DNA of 61,627 bases, counting the filler. It is 4 parts of 4 records of this genome, joined end to end, with 100 filler letters (N's around TTAATTAATTAA, not from the genome) between each part and the next. Parts side by side here need not be neighbours in the genome. Positions count along the whole stretch, not along the records: positions 1 to 31,663 come from SRR31156797_1673; positions 31,764 to 40,834 come from SRR31156797_1681; 2 more parts are not named here. One strand, written 5' to 3'. Each line of letters starts with the position of its first letter. Position 1 is the stretch's first letter. The notes beneath the pieces are model-generated. The model saw only the letters and a program-made list of their open reading frames with translations, had not been told where the DNA came from and searched no databases. Both the position numbers and the translations under genes were made by a program. Of this stretch, positions 29,439-39,428 are shown piece by piece.

Positions 29439-29813
29439 ATGGCAAACTTAGAAATCACAGGTAAAATCATACAAATAGATGAACCTGTTACGGGCCAATC
29501 TTCTAAAGGAGAATGGAAAAAACAACAATTCATCATAGAAACAGATGATCAGTACCCCAAAAAGATATGCTTTATTAACTGGAACGATAAAGTAAGTCTT
29601 TCCAGCACAAAACCCGGTACAAAAGTAACTGTGGCATTCAATGTAGAAAGTCGTGAGTATAACGGTCGTTGGTACACCGATCTTAAAGCATGGAAAATGG
29701 ATATCGAAGGCGCAGGCAGCACCGATGCAACTCCACCGCCAGCACCAATGAATGCAGATGATGTTCCTCCACCGGATTATGAAGAGTTAGACGAAGGAGA
29801 TTTGCCGTTTTAA
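29439..29813 (+). CDS. DUF3127 protein (SSB-like, acidic tail)
   Basis: W.KQ.FIIET..QYPK.I, SREYNGRWYT...AWK, C-terminal DLPF. Confidence 0.9.
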   Translation: MANLEITGKIIQIDEPVTGQSSKGEWKKQQFIIETDDQYPKKICFINWNDKVSLSSTKPGTKVTVAFNVESREYNGRWYTDLKAWKMDIEGAGSTDATPPPAPMNADDVPPPDYEELDEGDLPF

Positions 29814-29935
29814 ATCAGAAAACAGAAGACAGAAAACAGAAAAATTTATTTATAAAACTTTTGACCCACATTTTCAGAGCAAACCGTATAAGGGTACTGT
29901 CACAATTATCGGGAAAAGTTTCGAAGTGAGTATTT

Positions 29936-29989
29936 GTTTCAGGTTCCAAGTTTCAAGTTTAGTAACATGAAACTTGAAACCTGAAACTT
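29936..29989. repeat. Second inverted cluster of the same 7-bp repeats
   Basis: gtttcag-gttccaa-gtttcaa ... atgaaac-ttgaaac-ctgaaac. Confidence 0.85.
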
Positions 29990-30050
29990 AAATAAAGATA
30001 TTTCTTTATAAAAACCAATTAGAGATTACAGCCTTGCCAAGGCTGAAACT

Positions 30051-30082
30051 AAAATCAAAGGCCTTCGCGTTTGCAAAGGCCT
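30051..30082 (-). terminator. Probable terminator of the M6 protease gene
   Basis: AGGCCTTCGC / GCAAAGGCCT stem with A-rich left flank. Confidence 0.55.
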
Positions 30083-30103
30083 CTAATTTATCTTAATAAC
30101 AAA

Positions 30104-31663
30104 CTATTTACTCAAAATAACCTTTTGAATAGTCGCTTGTCCATCTTTTACTACTTTAATGAAATAAATACCTTCAGCAAAGTTATTCAAATCAATCTGT
30201 GAATTTCCATTAGCTTCAATATTTCTCAATACTTTACCAATGGTATTGTATAAAGTAACTTCATAGCTACCATTAAAATCAATGTGCAATACATCGTTTA
30301 CAGGGTTAGGATACATAGAAAGACCTTCAAAAAATACTTCCGGTGAACCTACCATATTTACTGTCACATTAGCTGCTGCACCATTAACAACAACCTCATC
30401 CTCAATTTCACCACATCCTTCATAATTTACAGTATAAGTGTAAGTACCATTAGGTAAGTTGATACTTGCAATTCCTGATGCACCTGTAGTTAAGTTTGAA
30501 CCTCCAACAGATATTGAAGCTCCATCTGCTAATTCGCCATCTTTATAAACTATAAATTCAACAGCATACATTGTTGGATCCATATAGATATTACGTAGTA
30601 AATCGCTGTTTGAAATATTTACAGATCCGGTATATTCATCATAACCTGCCATATTTATAACATAAGAATAGCTACCTTGAATTAAGTCAATAGAAGCATC
30701 ACCATTAGCATCTGAATAAATAGTATTGCCGTCTACAACAATCTCTGCACCCTCAATTGGCTGTTCATCAAAATCATTTCTTACTTTAAATGACAATGTA
30801 TACTCAACTGGAGCAGGATCTAGACTTACGCTTTCTGAAACATCACTACCTGAAATAGTAATAGAACCGGTTTCATCATGAAATAAATACTTGCTTACGG
30901 TATAATCAAAAGTACCATCCATTAAAGTTAATACCGCCACACCACTTTCATCAGTATAAGCTGTTTGATTTCCAACAGTAACACTTGCATTTTGAAGTGG
31001 GTCAGATGTTTCACTATGTGTTACGGTAAATGTGGCATAGTATACATCCGCCATGAAGTTAAATGTGATTGTTGTACCGTTTTCTTCAATGTTAGTAATA
31101 GGTTTACCAGTTGCCGAACCAGCCCAGGAGGTACTACTAGGAGTTGTCATATCTGTAAACTCCGTTTTATTTGAATATCCCGGAAATGGCGTACTACCTG
31201 AGTTAATATTTCCATAATTTGAAGGAGGATTGCCAGAAGCAAACGCACAAACCGGATATAATCCCTGGTGTGAACCAACATTAATACTATTTGATCCATC
31301 ATAATAGTTAATATGAGATTCATCAGCATGATAAATCAATAAACCATGTCCAGGTATATAAGAATCAAAACCTATTTCCTGACGATTTTCTAGTAACCAA
31401 AACTCATCAGAAGATGGTGTCATATAATAATAAAAGTCATCACTATTCTCAGCAGAATTTTCCATGGTTACGACTTGCTCTGAATTAATTAGGGTAGGTG
31501 TAATCCACTCATAATACTTCCATTTTGTATATGCATTATGATGAGCTGGTTGCGAACCTGAAGGATAACCATTATAAGAACCACCGGCCATAATATCCCA
31601 GTTGCCGGTACCCGCATAACTTCCATTTGCCTCATAATCTGTATCATAATAATCAGGTGCACC
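30104..31663 (-). CDS. T9SS-secreted M6 (immune inhibitor A-like) metalloprotease, 5' truncated at the contig end
   Basis: Frame stays open to the gap, reading GAPDYYDTDY...GTGNWDIMAGGSYN; EFWLLENRQ..GFD..IPGHGLLIYH; CTD MYPNP...GIY..KVI. Confidence 0.85.
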   Translation of the reverse strand, partial: GAPDYYDTDYEANGSYAGTGNWDIMAGGSYNGYPSGSQPAHHNAYTKWKYYEWITPTLINSEQVVTMENSAENSDDFYYYMTPSSDEFWLLENRQEIGFDSYIPGHGLLIYHADESHINYYDGSNSINVGSHQGLYPVCAFASGNPPSNYGNINSGSTPFPGYSNKTEFTDMTTPSSTSWAGSATGKPITNIEENGTTITFNFMADVYYATFTVTHSETSDPLQNASVTVGNQTAYTDESGVAVLTLMDGTFDYTVSKYLFHDETGSITISGSDVSESVSLDPAPVEYTLSFKVRNDFDEQPIEGAEIVVDGNTIYSDANGDASIDLIQGSYSYVINMAGYDEYTGSVNISNSDLLRNIYMDPTMYAVEFIVYKDGELADGASISVGGSNLTTGASGIASINLPNGTYTYTVNYEGCGEIEDEVVVNGAAANVTVNMVGSPEVFFEGLSMYPNPVNDVLHIDFNGSYEVTLYNTIGKVLRNIEANGNSQIDLNNFAEGIYFIKVVKDGQATIQKVILSK

Positions 31664-31763
31664 NNNNNNNNNNNNNNNNNNNNNNNNNNNNNNNNNNNNN
31701 NNNNNNNTTAATTAATTAANNNNNNNNNNNNNNNNNNNNNNNNNNNNNNNNNNNNNNNNNNNN
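31664..31763. other. Artificial contig linker
   Basis: 44 N + TTAATTAATTAA (stops in all six frames) + 44 N. Confidence 0.99.
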
Positions 31764-32572
31764 TCAGGAACCGGATACTGGCTTATTTTTACAACAGGAT
31801 ATGGACAATTTTCAGGATAATTTTCCAATAAATAATTGTGCGCAATTCCACATGTTATTATTCCCAAACTTTTTTCTTCTCCTTCAATAAACAAATTATA
31901 TTTCGATTCTTCTGAAAGCTCGGTTAACCAACTTTGTTTATCCAGTAGATTCTGATAATACTTTCTTCCATAAGCCGGCAACAACATAAATTGCATGTGA
32001 TTTTCCGGTAATTTAATTTTATTCTCAGGCAACAGTTTTTTCGGAATAACTCCTGATCTGGAATGTGCCAGTCGTGTAGTAATACGTATCATTACCGGCA
32101 ATTTTGTTTTTTCTGAAAACTCAAATGCCTCATAAGTCATATCGTATGCTTCCTGTTGGTTTGAAGGCTCAAAAACCGGAATCATTGCAAATTTTCCATA
32201 AAACCGTGAATCCTGTTCGTTTTGTGACGAATGCTGGGAAGGATCGTCGGCCACAGTAATTACCATCCCACCGTGAATACCGGTAATTGCCATATTCATA
32301 AAAACATCGGCAGCAACATTTAGTCCTACATGTTTCATACAGGTCATTGTACGTTTTCCTGCATACGACATTCCGAGGGCCTCTTCCATCGCTGTTTTCT
32401 CGTTTGCCGACCATTCACGGTGGATATTTCTTTCGACAGCAATTTTGTTTTGCTGAATATATTCTGTTATTTCGGTTGAAGGTGTTCCGGGATAAGCATA
32501 AACTCCTGAAATTCCGGCATCGATTGCAGCCTGGCCGATGGCTTCATTTCCCAAATACAATTTACGTTGCAT
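31764..32572 (-). CDS. iorA: Indolepyruvate ferredoxin oxidoreductase alpha subunit, 3' truncated
   Basis: LGNEAI, YPGTPSTEI, NEKTA.E.A.G, MKHVGLNVAAD, DDP..HSSQNEQDSR; start at MQRK (32572). Confidence 0.92.
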
Positions 32573-32716
32573 ATATTTTTTATTAAATACCGGAGTGAAT
32601 TTACACCACAATAAATCGTAAAAAAATATCAAAAATCAGGAAATATACGTTTATAAATTGTTTAAAAACAGACGTTTAATTTTTGTTTTTTTCAATTCCA
32701 AAAAAAAACCGTGAAG

Positions 32717-32872
32717 TTAACTGTAAATTGTAAGTACGATTCTCCTGCTTCCTCCATAATCGCGAAAATCGCAAAAATTAATTCCCTGCCAGGTACCTAA
32801 ATTCAACCGGTGATTTGTAATTGGAATTGAAATCTCTGCTCCAATAACCGACGATTTTAAATGGGCAGGCAT
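32717..32872 (-). pseudogene. Diverged duplicate of the 3' end of yjbQ (51 codons plus stop)
   Basis: Translates MPAHLKSSVIGAEISIPITNHRLNLGTWQGINFCDFRDYGGSRRIVLTIYS, paralogous to the YjbQ C-terminus. Confidence 0.88.
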
Positions 32873-32987
32873 TTCATATTTAATGGATTTTAATACATAT
32901 TAATTTGGATTCAAATTTGCACCAAGGAGAACCAATTTTGGATTAAGGAATGGTTTACTCATTGTCCAATCAATTCTATCACCTCCA

Positions 32988-33371
32988 TTACGCCATATCA
33001 TAACCCAACAGGTAAAATATACCTAATACACCTAATATAACTGCTATAATTATTCCAACAACAATTAACGCTTTAATCATATATTTATGTGCAAGGAGCC
33101 AAGTAGCAACCTTTTGCTTCAATAATTCGCCATCCCAATTTATAGATTTTAATTCTTTTGTTTTCTTACTTTTCAAACCACTCAAAATATCTCCAAAATA
33201 TTGAATGTGTTTAAGTTTCGAAAATCTATTATTATAAATTAGAAAAAGTATAAGTACTATAAAGAATAAAGGAGGGTTAAAAATACTAATTATTGATAGC
33301 CACATTATAACTTTTGCATATTGAGTGAAGCGTTCGAGTTTAACTTCCAATTCATCTAAAATCTGTTCCAT
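32988..33371 (-). CDS. Small membrane protein of unknown function
   Basis: Two hydrophobic stretches; more AT-rich than its neighbours. Confidence 0.6.
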   Translation of the reverse strand: MEQILDELEVKLERFTQYAKVIMWLSIISIFNPPLFFIVLILFLIYNNRFSKLKHIQYFGDILSGLKSKKTKELKSINWDGELLKQKVATWLLAHKYMIKALIVVGIIIAVILGVLGIFYLLGYDMA

Positions 33372-33542
33372 ATGTAATTTCCTTTCCTAATTTCTTTATT
33401 ATGAACTAATTGCTGTTACAAGTTACAAATAATCGTGATACAAAGATTGTCTATTCATAAATAAAATGAGATAGTTCAAATTGTTCTTTAAGGTGAACCT
33501 TTTAGAAAAGTGTTTTAATATTTTGAAGCCATCGAATTGGTG

Positions 33543-33953
33543 CTAACTTAGAATAGTTAGAACAACCTTTCTACTACCTCCATAATCGCGAAACTCACAA
33601 AAATAAATGCCTTGCCAGGTACCTAAATTCAACTGGTGATTTGTAATTGGAATTGTTACTTCGGCACCAATAACCGACGATTTTAAATGTGCAGGCATAT
33701 CGTCGGCGCCTTCGTTAGTATGAACGTAAACCGAATCGTTTTCCGGAATCATTTTATTAATAAATCCCTCAAAATCGGTTCGTACGGTTGGATCAGCATT
33801 TTCATTTAAAGTTATTCCAGCCGATGTATGTTTTACCAAAATATGCAAAAGTCCCTTTTCCGGTAACTCAGGCAATTGTTTCTCAATTAACGAAGTTACC
33901 AAATGATATCCCCGGTTAAAACCAGGTAAAGTTATTTCCAGTTGTTGAATCAT
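33543..33953 (-). CDS. yjbQ: YjbQ (UPF0047) family protein
   Basis: HTSAGITLNENADP.V..D, H..EG.DDMPAH.KS, LGTWQGIYFCEF. Confidence 0.95.
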   Translation of the reverse strand: MIQQLEITLPGFNRGYHLVTSLIEKQLPELPEKGLLHILVKHTSAGITLNENADPTVRTDFEGFINKMIPENDSVYVHTNEGADDMPAHLKSSVIGAEVTIPITNHQLNLGTWQGIYFCEFRDYGGSRKVVLTILS

Positions 33954-34084
33954 GTTATTTAAATTAGTTATTTGTTGCTAGTTGTTTTTTTTAATCAGAA
34001 TCTGAGTATTCAATTATATAAAAATAATACACAGGTTAATATTTTTTATGTAATTTTCTGAACAATATTTTTACCTATAAAACA

Positions 34085-34334
34085 AAAAGGCTGGAGTAAC
34101 CTGTTAAACTTGGGTAATAGAGTAAATTCTGCCGGCGGCCTTGAATACTCTGCCGGTTTTTCGCCCGATGGTAAATGTTTCTTTTTTATGTCGTCGGTAA
34201 CAAATGTGGAATTTGAAGAAGAAATTACTTTCGAACGTTTTTTACAAATTCAGAATTCACCGGAGAACGGGAATTCAAATATATACTGGATGAAATCAGA
34301 TTTTATTCACGAATTAAATGAAAAAGCTATTTAG
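34085..34334 (+). pseudogene. C-terminal remnant of a PD40/TolB-like beta-propeller protein
   Basis: GWS...NLG..VNS...EYS..FSPDGK.FFFMS...NG.SNIYW; no N-terminal portion upstream. Confidence 0.65.
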
Positions 34335-34348
34335 AAAAACAATTCATT

Positions 34349-34717
34349 ATGAAAATTTTAGGAAATCTTATTTGGCTGCTTTTTGGCGGTTTTGCCATTT
34401 TTTTGGAATATATAATTGCCGGACTTTTGCTTTGCATAACAATTGTTGGAATTCCATTCGGACTACAATCGTTCAAACTGGGTGTGCTGGCACTTTGGCC
34501 ATTCGGGCAAAAAATTGAATATATGGATTATGCTCCGGGTTGCCTGTCAACCATTATGAATGTTATTTGGTTTTTTATTGGTGGAATCTGGATTACACTC
34601 ACACATTTCTTTTTTGGAATTCTTTTAGGAATTACCATCATCGGAATTCCGTGGGCCAAACAACATTTCAAAATGGCATCGCTGGCATTGACTCCGTTTG
34701 GACGGAAAGTTGTATAA
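34349..34717 (+). CDS. yccF: YccF domain inner-membrane protein
   Basis: Duplicated N.IW...GG / ITI.GIP / FK...LAL.PFG. Confidence 0.93.
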   Translation: MKILGNLIWLLFGGFAIFLEYIIAGLLLCITIVGIPFGLQSFKLGVLALWPFGQKIEYMDYAPGCLSTIMNVIWFFIGGIWITLTHFFFGILLGITIIGIPWAKQHFKMASLALTPFGRKVV

Positions 34718-36487
34718 TTAACTGGCCATTTTCCCTTTCATCAACATATCTACGGCATCTTTTAAAGAGCCTGCCCGCGTAACATTTCCTGTGTTTACAA
34801 AGTAAATTACATCGGCGTTTTCGATGGTATTCAGCCGGTGGGCAATAATTACTTTTGTTGTCGACTCGGGTAATTTCTGTAAAATGTCGTCGAGTAGCTT
34901 TTCGGTAACAGTATCGATATTTGCTGTAGCTTCATCGAGAATCAGTAAATCGGGTTTTCTAAGTACCGCCCGCATAAAAGCAATCAGTTGTTTTTGCCCC
35001 AGACTAATTCCGTCGCCCGAAACATCAACTTTTGTATCGAATCCATTTTCAAAACGCATCAGTAACGATTCCAGCCCCGAATCGTGAAATATCTGTTTCA
35101 ACTCTTCATTATCAGCTTTTGTATACTCTTCATTTCCGTAAAGAATATTATCGCGGATAGTTCCGCTAAATAAAAATGGATCCTGCAAAATAAAACCAAT
35201 TCGTTTCACCCTTTCTTCGGCCGAAAACGAACGAATATCGTGCCCGTCGAGTAAAACATTTCCTTTTGTCGGATCATATAAACGGGCGATTAACGAAGCC
35301 GTTGTAGTTTTCCCACCGCCTGTTGGTCCAACAAAAGCATAGGTTTTTCCTTTTTTCAGATTGAACGAAATTTTATGCAATACTTCACTTCCATTAGGAT
35401 ACGAAAATGAAACATTGCGAAAAGAGACTAAAGTTGCCGATTCGTCGACTCCGTTTGAAGCTATTTGTGGTAAATTATTTTCCAGCTCCAGAATTTTCCG
35501 GATGCGATCCCACGCTGCCAGTGCTACCTGAAAATTCGCCCACAAAGAAGCCAGCTGTCGTAACGGATTGTAAAAACTGTTAACGTATGCAATAAAACTG
35601 ATTAAAAGGCCAATGGTAAACTGCCCTATTGAAATAAAATAAATTCCAAAAGTCAGCACAATCAGCATTCCCAGATTAGAAAACAATGAATAAACAGGCA
35701 TAAAAATATTATTAGCTATTCCTGCTTTCACCGACGCTTTATAATTGATTTGGTTTACCGTTTGAAAACGTTTTCTGAAATAGTCGCGACGGTTAAAAGC
35801 CACAACCACTTTAAAGTTATTCAGGCTTTCCTGAACTTCAGAACTCAGGCTGCCAACACTTTTTAAACTTTCAGCATTTTTCTTTTTTACCCATGGCGAA
35901 ATCAGCTTTGTAAACAGCCATATTAAAATTGCCGGCGAAAGAGCAGCCAATCCCAACTCCAAATGAATTGAAATTAAAAAAATGCCCGATCCAACCATAA
36001 TCAGTATAATTCTTAAAAACTGCATTAACGATTGCGAAATAAACTGATTGATTTTATCGGTGTCGTTATTAATTCTGGAAATAAGGTCGCCGGCTTTATT
36101 CTGGTTGAAAAAATCGAAAGGTAATTCCTGTAATTTCTGAAAAACCGTATTCCGCAAATTGTACAACATACGTTGCCCAACCGTTCCCATTAACTTTGTT
36201 TGTAAATAACCTGCCACAAATGCAATTAAATATGAGCCAAGCAGAATTCCACTAAAAACAAGAACACCCCTGAACTCACTGGTTTGTATGTAATTATCGA
36301 CCGTGTAACCAATTACAATTGGTCCTAAAAGATTAAGAATGGCTGTAATCAACATGGCAGTGAATGCAATAATCAGCACTTTTTTCTCCTCAACCATGTG
36401 TGCCACTAAACTTTTAGCCGATTTAAAACCAACCCCTTTCTTTTTCTTTTTTTGCTCTTCCTTTTCAGTATTAAGATTGTAATTCAT
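34718..36487 (-). CDS. ABC exporter half-transporter with consensus catalytic Glu and His
   Basis: TMD plus Walker A GPTGGGKT, signature ISLGQ, LILDEATA, IAHR. Confidence 0.93.
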   Translation of the reverse strand: MNYNLNTEKEEQKKKKKGVGFKSAKSLVAHMVEEKKVLIIAFTAMLITAILNLLGPIVIGYTVDNYIQTSEFRGVLVFSGILLGSYLIAFVAGYLQTKLMGTVGQRMLYNLRNTVFQKLQELPFDFFNQNKAGDLISRINNDTDKINQFISQSLMQFLRIILIMVGSGIFLISIHLELGLAALSPAILIWLFTKLISPWVKKKNAESLKSVGSLSSEVQESLNNFKVVVAFNRRDYFRKRFQTVNQINYKASVKAGIANNIFMPVYSLFSNLGMLIVLTFGIYFISIGQFTIGLLISFIAYVNSFYNPLRQLASLWANFQVALAAWDRIRKILELENNLPQIASNGVDESATLVSFRNVSFSYPNGSEVLHKISFNLKKGKTYAFVGPTGGGKTTTASLIARLYDPTKGNVLLDGHDIRSFSAEERVKRIGFILQDPFLFSGTIRDNILYGNEEYTKADNEELKQIFHDSGLESLLMRFENGFDTKVDVSGDGISLGQKQLIAFMRAVLRKPDLLILDEATANIDTVTEKLLDDILQKLPESTTKVIIAHRLNTIENADVIYFVNTGNVTRAGSLKDAVDMLMKGKMAS

Positions 36488-36491
36488 CTGA

Positions 36492-38297
36492 TTAAAATTT
36501 TTCGTTTTTTACATTATCAGATGGAATTCGTTCCGATTCTAAATCAGAACTCGTTTCATAATGACTGGTACTTTTCTGCGATTCATAAATCTGAATATAT
36601 TCCGGGCAGGTGGCATGCAGCGTTTCGTGTTTACCTGCAGCAATTAATTCACCCTCCATTAATAAAATTATCTGGTCGAATTGTTTCACCGGATTAATTT
36701 TTTGCGTCACCGAAATTAATGTCAAATCCGGATAATTCTTTCTTACATTTTTTAAGATTTTCTTTTCTGTTTGCGGGTCGATTCTGGCCGTAAAATCGTC
36801 GAGCAATAAAATTTTCGGATTTAATGCCAAAGCCCGTGCCAGCATAATTCTTTGTTTCTGTCCTCCCGAAAGACTGGTTCCGCGTTCAGAAACCACCGTA
36901 TCAAGTTTTCCGGGCAGGGTTTCTATAAAGTCTTTTAGTTCTGCTGTTTCAAGTGCATTCTCCAGCGATTGGTCGGTTACCACATTACTAAATGCAATAT
37001 TTTCACGTAGGCTCATATTAAACATCACACTATCCTGAAAAACAAATCCCAGCTGGCTGTAAAATTTCTCCTTATTAAAATCTCCGATATCTGTTTCATC
37101 AAATTCCACAGCTCCTTCATCTGGTTTAATTAATCCGGCAAGTAAATAAAGCAACTGTGTTTTTCCGGCTGCAGTAGGTCCAATAATTGCTGTTCGCGAA
37201 CCTGGCTGAATATTTAAAGAAACCTCTTTTAATGCAGGTTTTCCATCGTATAAAACAGCTATATTTTTAAGCGACACATTTCCGGTTAACGGTTTTTCAA
37301 CGGTGCCAGTGTCGGCTGTTTCTTTTGCTTTCAACACCAAATCAATTCTTTCGTACGATGCAGTAGCCTGCGCCAGCAAATTACTTATAAAACCTATAAC
37401 AATAATGGGAAAAATTAAAATTGTAACGTAATTGTTAAATGCCGTAAAATCGCCCAGTGACAATTTCCCGGAAATAACAAAATGCCCGCCCAGCGCCAGA
37501 ATGGTAAGTATTGCCAGGTTCGAAACAAATGTAATTATGGGAATTAACGTAGCAAAAAGGGTGACAATGGAAATTCCAATATCGCGCGATTCTGCACTGG
37601 CATTCAGAAATTTTCTGTATTCGGTTTGCTGCGAATTAATAACACGAATAATTGCTGCACCAAGAATACTTTCATTAATTACTTTGTTGAGCCAGTCTAT
37701 TACTTCGCGGCTTCGGGTAAATAAAACCCTCACTTTCTGAAGTATAATAAAAAAAGAAATGCCTACCAATGGAATTACCAAAAGCACAAGCAGCGCCAGT
37801 TTCCAGTTAATAAGCAGTAAAAACACCGATGTTCCGATAATCATAAAAACCGATGAAATCAGGGAAGAAACGCCGTGCGACACAAACATTTTCACCGAGT
37901 CCATATCGGAAGTAAGATTTGTAAGTAATTTCGAGGGATTTGCCTCCTGAATAAATGCATAACTCTGCCGCGAAATTTTATCGGAAAGTTTTTTTCTGAG
38001 GTCTAAACCAATACGTTCAGAAGCAAACGTTTGAACCACCGTTTGAAATAATGTAAAAATAAAGATTACGCTTGCTGCAATCAGAAATTCAAAAAGAATG
38101 GTTTTAAACACATAATTATCTCCTGTATAAGAATCTATTCCATGCGAAATAATCAATGGAATTACCAGGTTTGCAGCGTTACCGATTATGGCAAAAATCA
38201 CCAATAAAAAAACCATTCCTTTGTATGGTTTTAATAGTTCAAAAATGTTGGCTTTATTTTTTTTGGATTTACTCTCCTTTTTTCTGTTTCTTCCCAT
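36492..38297 (-). CDS. ABC exporter half-transporter with degenerate Walker B and switch
   Basis: TMD plus GPTAAGKT, LSGGQ, LLLDDFTA (E to D), VTQK (H to Q). Confidence 0.93.
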   Translation of the reverse strand: MGRNRKKESKSKKNKANIFELLKPYKGMVFLLVIFAIIGNAANLVIPLIISHGIDSYTGDNYVFKTILFEFLIAASVIFIFTLFQTVVQTFASERIGLDLRKKLSDKISRQSYAFIQEANPSKLLTNLTSDMDSVKMFVSHGVSSLISSVFMIIGTSVFLLLINWKLALLVLLVIPLVGISFFIILQKVRVLFTRSREVIDWLNKVINESILGAAIIRVINSQQTEYRKFLNASAESRDIGISIVTLFATLIPIITFVSNLAILTILALGGHFVISGKLSLGDFTAFNNYVTILIFPIIVIGFISNLLAQATASYERIDLVLKAKETADTGTVEKPLTGNVSLKNIAVLYDGKPALKEVSLNIQPGSRTAIIGPTAAGKTQLLYLLAGLIKPDEGAVEFDETDIGDFNKEKFYSQLGFVFQDSVMFNMSLRENIAFSNVVTDQSLENALETAELKDFIETLPGKLDTVVSERGTSLSGGQKQRIMLARALALNPKILLLDDFTARIDPQTEKKILKNVRKNYPDLTLISVTQKINPVKQFDQIILLMEGELIAAGKHETLHATCPEYIQIYESQKSTSHYETSSDLESERIPSDNVKNEKF

Positions 38298-38560
38298 TTA
38301 TTTGGTAAATCGTTTCATTTGTAAAGTAAACCAAAAAGTAAATTAGTCATAAAGTTTTATAAAAATAGTTTTAAAATTCCCCGTAAAATTGATGTTTCTT
38401 AATTTTTTATGAATACCGAACCGGTTTTAATACAAAATAACTTCTTCTTTTGAAAAAGGTTCAATTTAAACTAAACCGGGGAATTGATTCCTGCAATTAA
38501 TTCCAGCTGATTCAAAAAAAACCTTTATTTTTAGCTGAACTTAAATTAAACTAAAAACTC

Positions 38561-39418
38561 ATGAAATTTATAACAGCCATTTTACTGATTCTGATTTTCC
38601 CGTTATTTATACAAGCCCAATCTGATTCACCTGAAACTCCTGCCGAAGTTGTTTCGCTTATTAAAGAAAATGTTACCTGCGACTGGCTTACCGAAACTGT
38701 TGATGTGTACAAGGCCGGGAATCCGGAATCTCAGGTAAAAGGAATTGCGGTTTGTATGTTTGCCGATATGGAAACCTTAAAAAAAGCCGTGGATTTAGAA
38801 TGTAATTTTATTATTACCCACGAACCTATTTTTTACAGTCACCTCGACGGAACAGAAACCTTGCAGGACGATCCTGTTTTTAAAGAAAAAATGGCATACA
38901 TAGAAAAGAATAACCTCGTGGTTTTTCGTTTTCACGACCATATTCACATGACAGAGCCTGACGGAATTTCGGTAGGTATGATCAACAAACTTGACCTTAA
39001 CAAGCATGCTATCGATGGTTCACTCACCTATTTTAATCTTCCCGAACAAACCGTTAAAAACTATGCTGAATCGCTGAAAAAAACAGTTAATATGCAATCG
39101 GTTCGGGTCATTGGAAACCCGGAGATGAAATTTACAAAACTTGCTTTTATGGCTGGTGCCCCCGGCGGACAGCGACATATTAACATGTTAAGAAATCCGG
39201 AAATTGAAGTAATAATTGCCGGCGAAGCGTCGGAATGGGAAACCTATTTATACGCCAACGATGCAACACAACAGGGTAAAAACAAAGCGGTAATTTTTCT
39301 GGGGCATATAAAATCGGAAGAGGCCGGAATGGAATATTGCGCCCACTGGCTAAAAGAATTTGTTTCGGGTGTGCCGATTCATTTTATTGAAAACCAACCC
39401 AATTTTATCACTTTCTAA
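38561..39418 (+). CDS. Nif3-like dinuclear metal-centre protein with signal peptide
   Basis: TVD.YKAG, ITHEP.FY, RFHDH.H, LGH..SEE.GM. Confidence 0.88.
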   Translation: MKFITAILLILIFPLFIQAQSDSPETPAEVVSLIKENVTCDWLTETVDVYKAGNPESQVKGIAVCMFADMETLKKAVDLECNFIITHEPIFYSHLDGTETLQDDPVFKEKMAYIEKNNLVVFRFHDHIHMTEPDGISVGMINKLDLNKHAIDGSLTYFNLPEQTVKNYAESLKKTVNMQSVRVIGNPEMKFTKLAFMAGAPGGQRHINMLRNPEIEVIIAGEASEWETYLYANDATQQGKNKAVIFLGHIKSEEAGMEYCAHWLKEFVSGVPIHFIENQPNFITF

Positions 39419-39428
39419 AATTTACCCA

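Noticed and set aside
31708-31719. TTAATTAATTAA palindrome as a biological site
   Set aside because: It is the six-frame stop spacer, identical in all three N gaps.
32642-32680. ACGTTTATAAA-like sequence upstream of iorA resembling the motif at 1-30
   Set aside because: Degenerate, AT-rich and on a different contig, probably from a different organism.
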